Positions 1 through 9,227 of a DNA stretch of 64,000 bases are shown here, one piece after another. The DNA lies in the NCBI GenBank assembly GCA_944372195.1, contig CALVYK010000003.1:10337-74336 (forward strand). The letters run 5' to 3'. A program made the position numbers and the translations under genes. The notes beneath the pieces are model-generated. The model did not search any database. It was not told the DNA's origin and saw only the letters and a program-made list of their open reading frames with translations. Positions within the stretch are counted from its first letter, which is position 1. Every line of letters begins with the position of its first letter. This DNA is from an uncultured Bacilli bacterium (lineage in GTDB: Bacteria; Bacillota_I; Bacilli_A; RF39; UBA660).

Positions 1-605
1 TTACATTAGAAGATTTGAAAGGTAAAACTATAATTGGTGGTCGAATTGGTGGTATGCCAGAAATGACTTTAGAGTATACCTTAAAAGAAGCAGGTATCGA
101 CCCTAAAAATGATTTAACTATTGATACTAGTATTGAATTTGCGGCTATGTCAGGAGCATTTATCGGAGGTAATGGTGATTTTGTATCTTTATTTGAACCA
201 AATGCTTTACAACTAGAAGAACAAGGTTATGGTTATGTTGTAGCTTCTTTAGGTGAATTGGGTGGTGTTGTGCCATATACCGCTTACAATACTAAAAAAA
301 GTTATATTGAAAGTAATCCTGATGTAATTGAAGGATTTACTAAGGCTATACAAAAAGGATTAGATTATGTTCATAGTCATGATTCTAAAGATATAGCTGA
401 AGTTATTTTAGATTACTTCCCAGATATCTCTAAAAGTGATTTAGAAATAATTATTGATCGATATAAAAATATTGATTCTTGGTTTACAACTACTTACATA
501 ACTGAAGAAAATTTTAATCATATTCAAGAAATAGCTGAAAGTGCTGGTCAATTAGATAAACGAGCTCCATTTGATAAATTAGTTAATAATTCATATTCAA
601 AATAA
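1..605 (+). CDS. ABC-transporter substrate-binding protein, NMT1/THI5-like (SsuA/TauA/ThiY type); 5' end lies outside the window
   Basis: The frame is open from the first bases of the window to TAA at 603-605. The translated sequence (GGRIGGMPEMTLEYTLKEAGIDP, FVSLFEPN, VPYTAYN) resembles NMT1-like binding proteins. A matching ATPase/permease pair sits at 8.5-10.0 kb. Confidence 0.6.
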   Translation, partial: TLEDLKGKTIIGGRIGGMPEMTLEYTLKEAGIDPKNDLTIDTSIEFAAMSGAFIGGNGDFVSLFEPNALQLEEQGYGYVVASLGELGGVVPYTAYNTKKSYIESNPDVIEGFTKAIQKGLDYVHSHDSKDIAEVILDYFPDISKSDLEIIIDRYKNIDSWFTTTYITEENFNHIQEIAESAGQLDKRAPFDKLVNNSYSK

Positions 606-640
606 AAAGTTATTCGAATTGAATAACTTTTTTTATTTTG
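605..640. terminator. Bidirectional intrinsic terminator shared by convergent genes
   Basis: Perfect 11-bp stem AAAAGTTATTC (605-615) / GAATAACTTTT (621-631) with a 5-nt loop. It is flanked by an A-run on one side and a T-run on the other. The stop of the minus-strand gene (633-635) lies in the T-run. Confidence 0.7.
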
Positions 641-1628
641 ATTCCATCACTGCAACGGCTGTAGCTACAGTAGCTCCTACCATTGGATTATTACCCATAC
701 CAATAAATCCCATCATCTCAACATGGGCTGGTACTGAAGAAGATCCAGCAAATTGTGCATCAGAATGCATTCTCCCCATTGTATCAGTCATACCATATGA
801 AGCAGGACCGGCTGCCATATTATCTGGATGTAATGTTCTACCTGTTCCACCACCTGAAGCAACTGAAAAATATTTCTTATCTAATTCAATTCTTTCTTTT
901 TTATATGTTCCTGCTACTGGATGTTGAAATCTAGTTGGATTAGTTGAATTACCTGTAATAGATACATCGACATTTTCATGATGCATAATAGCAACGCCTT
1001 CTCTTACATCATTAGCACCATAACATAATACTTTAGATCTTTCACCATCAGAATATTTTATTTCTTCTACTATTTTTAATTTACCTGTATAAAAGTCAAA
1101 ATCAGTTTTAACATATGTAAAACCATTAATTCGTGAAATAATTTGAGCAGCATCTTTACCTAACCCATTTAGTATTACTTTTAAAGGTTGTTTTCTGACC
1201 TTATTAGCTGATTTAGCAATTCCAATTGCACCCTCTGCAGCTGCAAAAGATTCATGACCAGCCAAAAAGGCAAAACATTTAGTTTCTTCACTTAATAACA
1301 TAGCAGCTAAATTACCATGACCTAAACCTACTTTTCTATCTTCGGCAACCGAACCTGGTATACAAAAAGCTTGTAACCCTTCACCGATTGCTTTAGCTGC
1401 ACTTACTGCATCTTTACAATCTTTTTTAATAGCGATTGCTGCTCCTAAAGTATAAGCATAACATGCATCATCAAAACAAATTGGTTGAATTTCTTTAGTA
1501 ATTTTAACAGGATCAAATCCTCTATCTAAACAAATTTGTCTTGCTTCTTCTAAATCTTTGATATTATATTTTTTTAATACTTCATTTATTTTTTCTATTC
1601 TTCTATCATAATTTTCAAAACTAATCAC
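633..1628 (-). CDS. GGGtGRT-family protein (function unknown)
   Basis: The 331-aa product carries the family signature literally: VASGGGTGRTLHPDNMAAGPASYGMTDTMGRMHSD. It sits 4 nt downstream of a NifU-like gene. Confidence 0.85.
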   Translation of the reverse strand: MISFENYDRRIEKINEVLKKYNIKDLEEARQICLDRGFDPVKITKEIQPICFDDACYAYTLGAAIAIKKDCKDAVSAAKAIGEGLQAFCIPGSVAEDRKVGLGHGNLAAMLLSEETKCFAFLAGHESFAAAEGAIGIAKSANKVRKQPLKVILNGLGKDAAQIISRINGFTYVKTDFDFYTGKLKIVEEIKYSDGERSKVLCYGANDVREGVAIMHHENVDVSITGNSTNPTRFQHPVAGTYKKERIELDKKYFSVASGGGTGRTLHPDNMAAGPASYGMTDTMGRMHSDAQFAGSSSVPAHVEMMGFIGMGNNPMVGATVATAVAVMESK

Positions 1629-1632
1629 TTTA

Positions 1633-2325
1633 TTACTCCTCTCTTGGATCTATTTTTTTAACAGCTTCATCAAATCTACCATATGTACCGCTAGCTTTTT
1701 CAATTGCTTCCACAGGTTCAATACCAGCTTTAATATTATCCATCATTTTACCTAAATTAACGTATTTATAACCAATAATAGTATCGTTTTCATCTAAGCC
1801 TATTTCAACAATGTACCCTTCGGCTAATTCTAAATATCTTGGCCCTTTAGCTTTAGTTGAATAAATAGTTCCAACTTGACTTCTGTGTCCTTTTCCTAAA
1901 TCTTCTAAACCTGCACCAATATCTAATCCACCTTCAGAAAAAGCTGATTGTGATCTACCATAAACAATTTGTAAAAATAATTCTCTCATAGCCGTATTAA
2001 TAGCATCACAAACTAAATCGGTATTTAAAGCTTCTAATATCGTTTTACCTACTAATATTTCGCCAGCCATAGCAGCCGAATGCGTCATACCAGAGCATCC
2101 TATTGTTTCTACTAATGCTTCTTCTATAATGCCATTTTTAATATTTAAAGTTAATTTACATGCGCCTTGTTGAGGAGCACACCATCCAATACCATGGGTT
2201 AACCCAGAAATATCTGTTATTTCTTTTGCTTTAATCCATTTACCTTCCTCTGGAATAGGCGCTGGGCCGTGGTCAACACCTTTTCTTACATAACACATTT
2301 TTTCTATATCTTTTGTATACTTCAT
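1633..2325 (-). CDS. NifU/IscU-like Fe-S scaffold-domain protein, partner of the GGGtGRT protein
   Basis: 230 aa. Cys residues in GIGWCAPQQGACKLTL and ETIGCSGMTHSAAMAGE are spaced as in IscU/NifU N-domains. GGAGG-type RBS upstream (aggaggatgtt ATG). Confidence 0.6.
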   Translation of the reverse strand: MKYTKDIEKMCYVRKGVDHGPAPIPEEGKWIKAKEITDISGLTHGIGWCAPQQGACKLTLNIKNGIIEEALVETIGCSGMTHSAAMAGEILVGKTILEALNTDLVCDAINTAMRELFLQIVYGRSQSAFSEGGLDIGAGLEDLGKGHRSQVGTIYSTKAKGPRYLELAEGYIVEIGLDENDTIIGYKYVNLGKMMDNIKAGIEPVEAIEKASGTYGRFDEAVKKIDPREE

Positions 2326-2438
2326 AACATCCTCCTATATATTCCTCAATAATTATATAATATCTAAACAAAATCTTCAAGATTTAAAAATAATTTTACT
2401 TAATTTATGACAATTAAAAAGTATATAACTATATATAC

Positions 2439-2729
2439 TTATAATACCGTAATTGCAAATACATATATTGCTATAGAAATAATTAAAATAAAGATAAATG
2501 ATATTATTTTAGCCCGTTCAACATTTTTAAATAAATTTATAAATGCATAGATAATTAATGCTGGGATGAACGCCGCGTTAACTATATTCCTATCAACAAT
2601 ATTTGTCAACTCTAAAATTAACAAAATAACTAAAATAATTTCTAAGGCAATTAAAACTTTTTCCCTTGCTTTTTCTTTTGATGGCAATCCATCACCTCTT
2701 CTTAAATAAGATTTAATCATTTCAATCAT
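2439..2729 (-). CDS. Small integral membrane protein (hypothetical)
   Basis: 96 aa with three hydrophobic segments. Its ATG overlaps the TGA of the upstream gene in an ATGA junction at 2726-2729. Confidence 0.5.
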   Translation of the reverse strand: MIEMIKSYLRRGDGLPSKEKAREKVLIALEIILVILLILELTNIVDRNIVNAAFIPALIIYAFINLFKNVERAKIISFIFILIISIAIYVFAITVL

Positions 2730-3331
2730 AACTTACCTCCTAATAATTTTTCCCATAAAGATATAAATCTACCGATAAATATAACTGCTAAAATAGTTCC
2801 TATTCCTACCCCTTGTAATGACTTAAAACTTATTAAAGAAATTATTATACTAATTAAAACTACTATAAAGTCCAACAAATTTTTTGAAGTGCCATTTTTT
2901 AATTTAAATCTAGTTGATATGGCTTTTACCAATCCATCAGGCGTATTATATACCAAATTAAGTTTTAATACAATAAACATACCAAATGAAATAAAAGTTA
3001 TACTAAAAAATAACAATACAAAAGAAGCATAAATACTATTAACATTAATAAACCAAAAGTAATTTATTATATCGATTAGTACTCCAAACAAAATAGTTAT
3101 AGGTATTTGTAGTACTATTTTTTTATTAATTTCTTTTAAAATAATAATTTGTAATATAATAAAAGTTGCATATACAATATTTGTCATTACACCTAAACTT
3201 AAATTAGATAATTTACTTAAAACAAAAGGCAACGATCCAATAGCTGAATTTCCTAAATTTGTTTTTGTATTTATAACTGTTCCTAACGCAATAAGAAACA
3301 TTCCCAAAAATAGCAATAAAATCTTTTTCAT
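2726..3331 (-). CDS. Polytopic membrane protein, YczE/YitT-like (DUF6198-like, from memory)
   Basis: 201 aa with about 5-6 TM segments. The N-terminal motif is LGTVINTKTNLGNSAIGSLPFVLSKL. RBS aggtgg lies upstream of the ATG. Confidence 0.5.
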   Translation of the reverse strand: MKKILLLFLGMFLIALGTVINTKTNLGNSAIGSLPFVLSKLSNLSLGVMTNIVYATFIILQIIILKEINKKIVLQIPITILFGVLIDIINYFWFINVNSIYASFVLLFFSITFISFGMFIVLKLNLVYNTPDGLVKAISTRFKLKNGTSKNLLDFIVVLISIIISLISFKSLQGVGIGTILAVIFIGRFISLWEKLLGGKL

Positions 3332-3449
3332 TCTACCACCTATTTTAATTATAACATAATTTTAAATAAAAACATATTGATTTTAATTTTTCTGTATGAT
3401 ATTATTATAATGGTGAGATAGCATATCTACTGGGAAGGAGTTTTAGATC

Positions 3450-4610
3450 ATGGCTGAAGCAAAAACAACAGTCAAAAAGAAAAATAATGCAGTCGAATTC
3501 TGGAGATTTATTTTTACTATTGCCGTAGCTTTTGGACACTTTAATAGCTTTGCATGGGCTGGTAAAATTAGTTCAGAAGACTTCATTATGAGTGGTGGAA
3601 GAATTTTAGGCTTGTTTTTATTCTTGAGTGGTTACTTTATGATGTTATAATATCAAAGAAAAAAAGCAAAAGGATTAATTGATGGTGTATCACCTGCAAA
3701 ACAAGCTTGGGCTTACACTGGAAAAAGATGGTTAGGTTTGTATCCAGCTCTATTAGGTGGTGTAACATTTGCATTTATCGTTAGAAATTGGATTGCAGGA
3801 ACTCCATTAAGTAAAATTCCAAGTTTATTAGCTGGTTCTATGTTCGAATTTTTAGGATTATTCCAATTAGGATTAGTTGGTTATAATGAACAAAAAACTA
3901 CTGAACAACTTGTTCAATTTATTAATGAAGGAAATGTATCACCATTATGGAATGGACCATTATGGTATATCTCAGCAATTTTAATAGTAAGTGTTCTTAT
4001 TTACTATGTACTAGTTAAAAATGAAGATTTCTTTATAGCATTCTTTTGCCCATTAGTAATTATCGGTTCTTATGGGTATGCTAGATTAAATCAAGGCGCT
4101 GATTTCTTAAGAACAACTACTGGTTGGTTGGGAATTCCTAATAACTTATTACGTGTTGCAGCTGGTATGTGTGTTGGTTGTTTAATGTATTTTGTAGTTG
4201 ATTATTTTAAAAAGAAAACATTTAGTAAAGGCATGACATTAACATTCACGATCTTAAATGCTTTATTAATTGTATATTTCGTTTATACAATTTGGAACGG
4301 AATCAAGTGGAGTGAATTTGCTAATAATGCGTTTATAATTCCATTTACAATAATCATGTTAGTACAAAAAGATTTAATTTCAAAAATATTTGATAATCAT
4401 CTAAGTGCATATCTTGGTAAATTATCATTATATTTCTATTGCTGCCACATAGTATTTGTATTCTTGTTACCATATTTATTCCCAGAAATGAGTTATGGTA
4501 CAATGGCAATTGTATTCGTGATAGCATGCTTTATTTGGTCTAATGTTATGATGCTATTTGATGACTATGTAGTAACACCACTTGTTAGAAATAGATTTAA
4601 AAAAGCTTAA
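3450..4610 (+). pseudogene. Acyltransferase-3 family membrane O-acyltransferase interrupted by one in-frame TAA (3648-3650)
   Basis: ORFs 3450-3650 and 3738-4610 are in the same frame, and the sequence between them (YQRKKAKGLIDGVSPAKQAWAYTGKRWLGLYPALL) is open. The N-terminal FWRFIFTIAVAFGHFN plus about 10 TM segments fit acyltransferase family 3. There is no in-frame ATG or RBS for the second part. Confidence 0.65.
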
Positions 4611-4621
4611 AATTATCCACA

Positions 4622-4650
4622 AAAAAGCCTTGTTCTAGGCTTTTTATTTT
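4622..4650. terminator. Bidirectional intrinsic terminator (acyltransferase / ptb)
   Basis: AAAAAGCCT tgttct AGGCTTTTT hairpin followed by TTTTATTTT. It overlaps the ptb stop at 4644-4646. Confidence 0.7.
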
Positions 4651-5543
4651 GCTTGAAATATTGCCATCAAGATTGATAAATATTTATCATCTTCTGTGTC
4701 TGATCTACTTGTCATAATAACTGGACTATCAGTTCCTAATAAAGTTCCCGCAACTTTTAAATGAGCAAAGAATACTAATGCTTTTGTAAAAATATTACCA
4801 GATGGTAAATCAGGTACAATCAATATATCAGCATTACCACAAACTTCGTTATTAATGCCTTTATGAATTGCAGCTTCTTTAGAAATTGCTATATCTAATG
4901 CAAGTGGCCCTGCAATGCTACCAATGCCATCAAAATCTTTATATTCTGCTACTTGTTCAGCATCTACAGTACTTTGAATTTTAGGGTTTACTTTTTCTAA
5001 AGCAGATAATACTCCAATATTAGGTTTTTCAATACCTAAGATATGGGCAAATTTAATAGTATTTTTTGTTATTTTAATTTTATCTTCTACATTAGGACTA
5101 ATATTTACTGCACAGTCACTTATAATCATAAATCTATTTTCTTCATCAAACTCTAATAAAGAAGCTTGGCTTAATATATTACCATTACTTATTAAACCTT
5201 CTTCTTTATTTAAAACAGCTTTCATAAATGATGAAGTCATCATCAATCCCTTCATAGGAATATCAGCTTTTTTTTCTCTTACTAACTTAATAGCTATTTT
5301 AGCTGATTCCAACTCATCAGAACAAGGAATAAATTCGTAATCATCGATATTTTCATTTAATTTTGTAAGTATTTCTTTAATTTTTTCAACATTACCAATT
5401 AATATTGCTTTAGCAATATTTTTTCTTTTGGCATTTACAACAGCAGTTAAAGCATGTTCATCTTCAGCATTAGCTAAAGCTATAGTTTTTACAATATTAT
5501 TTTTTACAATATAATCTTCAATTTCACTAAATTTTCTAAACAT
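4644..5543 (-). CDS. ptb: Phosphate butyryltransferase
   Basis: 299 aa of the phosphate acetyl/butyryl transferase family (N-terminal ...VKTIALANAEDEHALTAVVNAKRKNIAKAILIGN), immediately downstream of butyrate kinase. Confidence 0.85.
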   Translation of the reverse strand: MFRKFSEIEDYIVKNNIVKTIALANAEDEHALTAVVNAKRKNIAKAILIGNVEKIKEILTKLNENIDDYEFIPCSDELESAKIAIKLVREKKADIPMKGLMMTSSFMKAVLNKEEGLISNGNILSQASLLEFDEENRFMIISDCAVNISPNVEDKIKITKNTIKFAHILGIEKPNIGVLSALEKVNPKIQSTVDAEQVAEYKDFDGIGSIAGPLALDIAISKEAAIHKGINNEVCGNADILIVPDLPSGNIFTKALVFFAHLKVAGTLLGTDSPVIMTSRSDTEDDKYLSILMAIFQAK

Positions 5544-5551
5544 ATTCCCTC

Positions 5552-6616
5552 CTATAATTCCTTAATTTCAACTTCACCAATTAATGCTTTATATACATTT
5601 TTTCCTAAAGATTCCATTTCTAATTCTCCAGGATATAAGTATACAGGTGCAATAAATTCAACTCTTTTTTTAATTTGATTCATTAAATATTCAGAATTGG
5701 CAATACCACCAGTTATTAAAATAGCATCAATTTTACCATTTACAACAGTAGCCATAGCACCTATTTCTTTTGCTGTCTGATAGCACATTGCATCTAAAGC
5801 TTCTTTGCACTCTTCTTCACCATTTTCAAAAGCTCTTTTTTCTATTTTAGTTACATCAGTTTCATTAACGTAACTCATTAAGCCGCCAAAGCCTTTTATT
5901 TTTTTCTTCATTTGCTCATATGTATATTCACCGCTATAACACATTTTAATTAATTGGCCAACTGGCAAACCACATGATCTATCAGTAGAAAATGGTCCAT
6001 CTCCATCTAAACCATTATCACCATCAATCAATTTACCATTTTTGTGAACAGCTACGGATGTTCCACCACCCATATGACATACTACTAAATTTAAATCCTC
6101 ATATTTTTTATTGTGATCTTCAGCAAATTGTCTAGCTACAGCTTTATGATTTAAAGCATGAAATCTTGATAATCTTTCAATTTCCTTTAAACCACTATAA
6201 CGAGCTAAAGGTTCAAATTCATCAGTACAAGGAGGATCAACTGTAAAAGGTATTGGTCCTTCTTTAGAATATTCATTAGCTAACTGCAAGCCTAAATCTG
6301 TTGGGTGATTTCCATACTTCATACTTCTAGATTGTTCTAGCATTTTGGTATTTATTCTATAAACACCACTAGTTAATGGTTCAGTGTGTCCTCCTCTAGT
6401 TACAATAGCATCTAGTTTTTTAACATCAATATTATGGTCTTTCATAAATGCATCAATTGCATTTTTTCTGAAATCAAATTGATCCCAAATACTATCAAAT
6501 TTTCTTATTTCTCCAGAATCATGTTTAATTGAGTCTTTAATGACACATTTGTCATCTTCAAAATAAGCAACTTTAGTGGAAGTTGAGCCAAGATTAATTA
6601 CAAATATTTTTTTCAT
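5552..6616 (-). CDS. buk: Butyrate kinase
   Basis: 354 aa. The N-terminus MKKIFVINLGSTSTKVAYFEDD and the HMGGGTSV motif are typical of the acetate/butyrate kinase fold. GGAGG RBS. Confidence 0.9.
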   Translation of the reverse strand: MKKIFVINLGSTSTKVAYFEDDKCVIKDSIKHDSGEIRKFDSIWDQFDFRKNAIDAFMKDHNIDVKKLDAIVTRGGHTEPLTSGVYRINTKMLEQSRSMKYGNHPTDLGLQLANEYSKEGPIPFTVDPPCTDEFEPLARYSGLKEIERLSRFHALNHKAVARQFAEDHNKKYEDLNLVVCHMGGGTSVAVHKNGKLIDGDNGLDGDGPFSTDRSCGLPVGQLIKMCYSGEYTYEQMKKKIKGFGGLMSYVNETDVTKIEKRAFENGEEECKEALDAMCYQTAKEIGAMATVVNGKIDAILITGGIANSEYLMNQIKKRVEFIAPVYLYPGELEMESLGKNVYKALIGEVEIKEL

Positions 6617-6785
6617 TATTCCGCCTCCATTATAATTATAACACGGTTTATATACAAAATAAATTATTTTATTATCTTGTTTGTGTAAATATTAGTATAA
6701 ATTGTGTGAAATTAACAAAAAATTAATTTTTTATATGAATTTAGTTAATTTTGTGTTAATATATTTATGAAAGGAAGATTATATT

Positions 6786-7757
6786 ATGAAAAATGAAATT
6801 ATTTTGTTCGACAATCAAAATGTTAGATTGGAGGTTAATTTAAAAGATGAAACAGTTTGGTTAACGCAAGAACAAATGGCAAAATTATTTGATCGAGACA
6901 AATCAGTTATTTCTCGTCACATTAAAAATGCATTAAGTGAGGAACTTAATAAAAAAGAGGTTGTTGCATTTTTTGCAACTACCACTAAACATGGTGCTAT
7001 AAACAATAAAATACAAACTCATTTAGTAGAACATTATAACCTAGATATGATTATATCTGTTGGTTATAGAGTAAAATCGAAAAATGGTATTATTTTTAGA
7101 AAGTGGGCCAATCAAATATTAAAGGATTATTTAATAAAAGGTTATGCTGTTAATAATAAAAGATTAGAATATTTAGAAAAAACGGTTAAATTAATCGATA
7201 TTGCAAGTAGAATTGATGAAGATATCGATAGTAACGAAGCAAAGCAAATTATTAAAGTAATCAATAATTATTCTAATGCTTTAAATTTATTAGATGATTA
7301 TGATCATAAAACAATTAAAAAGCCTAAAGGAACAAATAACAATAATATAATAACTTATGAAGAATGTATTAATGTAATTAACGACTTAAAATTTAATAAT
7401 GATAGTGATTTATTTGCTTTAGAAAGAAATAAAGGATTAAAAGGTATTATTGGTAATATTTATCAATCATTTGATGGCAAAGATTTATATCCAACAATAG
7501 AAGAAAAATGTTCTAATTTATTATATTTAGTAATTAAAAATCATGTTTTTATCGATGGTAATAAACGAATCGGTGCAACATTATTTATCTATTTTTTGAA
7601 TTATTATAATATACTTTATAAGGATAATAAACAAGTAATCGATAACAACACTTTAGTTGCCATTACAATTTTAATAGCACAATCTAATCCCAAAGAAAAA
7701 GAAGTAATTATTGATTTATTAATGAACTTCTTAATAAAAACTAATCAATCCGATTAG
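6786..7757 (+). CDS. RhuM-like N-terminal domain fused to a Fic/Doc-type domain (virulence protein RhuM/Fic/DOC family)
   Basis: The N-terminus VWLTQEQMAKLFDRDKSVISRHIKNA is RhuM-like. The C-terminus carries the Doc-type active-site motif HVFIDGNKRIGA (about 7542-7577). RBS aaaggaag. Confidence 0.75.
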   Translation: MKNEIILFDNQNVRLEVNLKDETVWLTQEQMAKLFDRDKSVISRHIKNALSEELNKKEVVAFFATTTKHGAINNKIQTHLVEHYNLDMIISVGYRVKSKNGIIFRKWANQILKDYLIKGYAVNNKRLEYLEKTVKLIDIASRIDEDIDSNEAKQIIKVINNYSNALNLLDDYDHKTIKKPKGTNNNNIITYEECINVINDLKFNNDSDLFALERNKGLKGIIGNIYQSFDGKDLYPTIEEKCSNLLYLVIKNHVFIDGNKRIGATLFIYFLNYYNILYKDNKQVIDNNTLVAITILIAQSNPKEKEVIIDLLMNFLIKTNQSD

Positions 7758-7762
7758 TTTTT
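7736..7762. terminator. Bidirectional terminator hairpin containing both convergent stop codons
   Basis: Perfect 11-bp stem AAAAACTAATC (7736-7746) / GATTAGTTTTT (7752-7762), loop AATCC. The plus-strand gene stops at 7755-7757 and the minus-strand gene at 7741-7743, both inside the stem. Confidence 0.7.
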
Positions 7763-8376
7763 ATATACTCTTTTATTGTATTAAAATCATTTAAAGATGT
7801 GTCATATATACCATTATTAGTTTGTTCTAAATAACATTTATTTTCTTTTGTATAGATATAGATGTCAATATTATTATTTTCATTATCAAAAAAAACAATA
7901 TCAAATAATTCATCAGGATTTTCAGGGTTTTTACTTATACTTTTTTTAGTTGTTGTTCGATTATAAAAAATATTATATATATTTTCTATTTCTTCTTTGT
8001 CAGTAATTTCTATTACATTATCATATTGTGACATTGTATTAATTACTACTTTTGTAATATCATCTAAATTAGGAATATTTATTGTATATTCTTTATTTTT
8101 ATCATTATTCAAAATTTCGCTTTGTACAAATTTAATATATTTTGAATCAATTATTTTTTCTTTAAAATCATTTTGTTTTTCAACACTATTATCTGATAAT
8201 CCTACTATAACTTTTTTATCTTCATAATCGACATAGTTAAATACTAAATTATCATATTGATTATTGGATAAATAAATAATAATATCATTATTTATTGTAT
8301 CTAATTCTTCATTACTTACACTACCACATCCTACTAATAATAAACATAATGCTATAAATAACAATTTCTTGACCAT
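7741..8376 (-). CDS. Lipoprotein, hypothetical
   Basis: Start moved to the ATG at 8376 (RBS ggaaagtgag). The signal peptide plus lipobox is MVKKLLFIALCLLLVGCGS. No recognisable domain. Confidence 0.65.
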   Translation of the reverse strand: MVKKLLFIALCLLLVGCGSVSNEELDTINNDIIIYLSNNQYDNLVFNYVDYEDKKVIVGLSDNSVEKQNDFKEKIIDSKYIKFVQSEILNNDKNKEYTINIPNLDDITKVVINTMSQYDNVIEITDKEEIENIYNIFYNRTTTKKSISKNPENPDELFDIVFFDNENNNIDIYIYTKENKCYLEQTNNGIYDTSLNDFNTIKEYIKTNRID

Positions 8377-8495
8377 ATATACACTCACTTTCCTATAATT
8401 AAATTTTAACATATTTATATTATAAATTCTAGTCTATTTTACAAATAACCAAACTAATCATTCGTGAATATAATAATGAGAAAGGAGTTTATATA

Positions 8496-9227
8496 ATGAG
8501 TATCCTAACAATTAAAAATTTAAGTAAAATATATCATACTAAAAATTCTGAAACAAAAGCCATCGATAATTTTTCTTTTGAGTTAAATGATAACGAATTT
8601 GTAGCAATTGTAGGGCCAAGTGGTTGCGGGAAAAGTACTATTTTAAATATTTTAGCTGGTTTAGATAACAAATCCGATGGAGAAATATTAATTAAAGATA
8701 ACATCAAATTAGGTTATATGCTACAGCAAGATGCATTATTTAACTGGAAAACAGTTTTAGATAATTGTTTATTGGGTTTAGAAATAAATAAAATGAACAA
8801 TAAAGATTATGTTTTAAAACTATTAAACACTTATGGATTAAAAGATTTTATCAATAGTTATCCAAACAATTTATCAGGTGGTATGAGACAAAGAGTTGCT
8901 TTAATTAGAACTCTTGCTACTAAACCAGACATATTATTATTAGATGAACCATTCAGTGCATTAGATTATCAAACTAGACTTAAAGTATCAGATGATGTTT
9001 ACAATATAATTAAAAAAGAAAAAAAATCAGCTATTATGGTAACTCATGATATAGCTGAAGCAATAAGTATGGCCGACAAAATAATTATATTATCTAAAAG
9101 ACCTAGCATAATCAAAAAAATAATTGACATTAATTTAACTAACAAAAGTACGCCAATTAATAATAGGAAGGCAAAAGAATTTGCTTATTATTATGATTTA
9201 ATATGGAAAGAGATAGATTATGACTAA
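8496..9227 (+). CDS. ABC transporter ATP-binding protein (nitrate/sulfonate/taurine NitT/TauT-type)
   Basis: Walker A GPSGCGKST, signature LSGGMRQRVALIRTL, Walker B ILLLDEPFSALD. RBS aaaggag. Confidence 0.9.
   Translation: MSILTIKNLSKIYHTKNSETKAIDNFSFELNDNEFVAIVGPSGCGKSTILNILAGLDNKSDGEILIKDNIKLGYMLQQDALFNWKTVLDNCLLGLEINKMNNKDYVLKLLNTYGLKDFINSYPNNLSGGMRQRVALIRTLATKPDILLLDEPFSALDYQTRLKVSDDVYNIIKKEKKSAIMVTHDIAEAISMADKIIILSKRPSIIKKIIDINLTNKSTPINNRKAKEFAYYYDLIWKEIDYD

Noticed and set aside
619-927. 102-aa plus-strand ORF. The same class includes 7997-8227, 15636-15845, 16134-16649, 18553-18816, 20525-20773, 33922-34110, 37169-37369, 38495-38710, 39303-39524, 40546-40740, 45212-45487, 45506-45724, 46536-46739, 47205-47531, 55843-56037, 56062-56244, 60559-60873 and 61614-61817.
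   Set aside because: All lie inside and antisense (or out of frame) to longer ORFs with recognisable protein families or strong start signals. None has its own RBS or a recognisable motif.
8413-8495. A TPP (THI-box) or other riboswitch in front of the ABC ATPase/permease pair, suggested by the NMT1/THI5-like binding protein at 1-605.
   Set aside because: The leader is only 83 nt and almost pure A+T, with no CTGAGA-type core or stable multi-stem structure. Likewise, no T-box could fit upstream of trpS.
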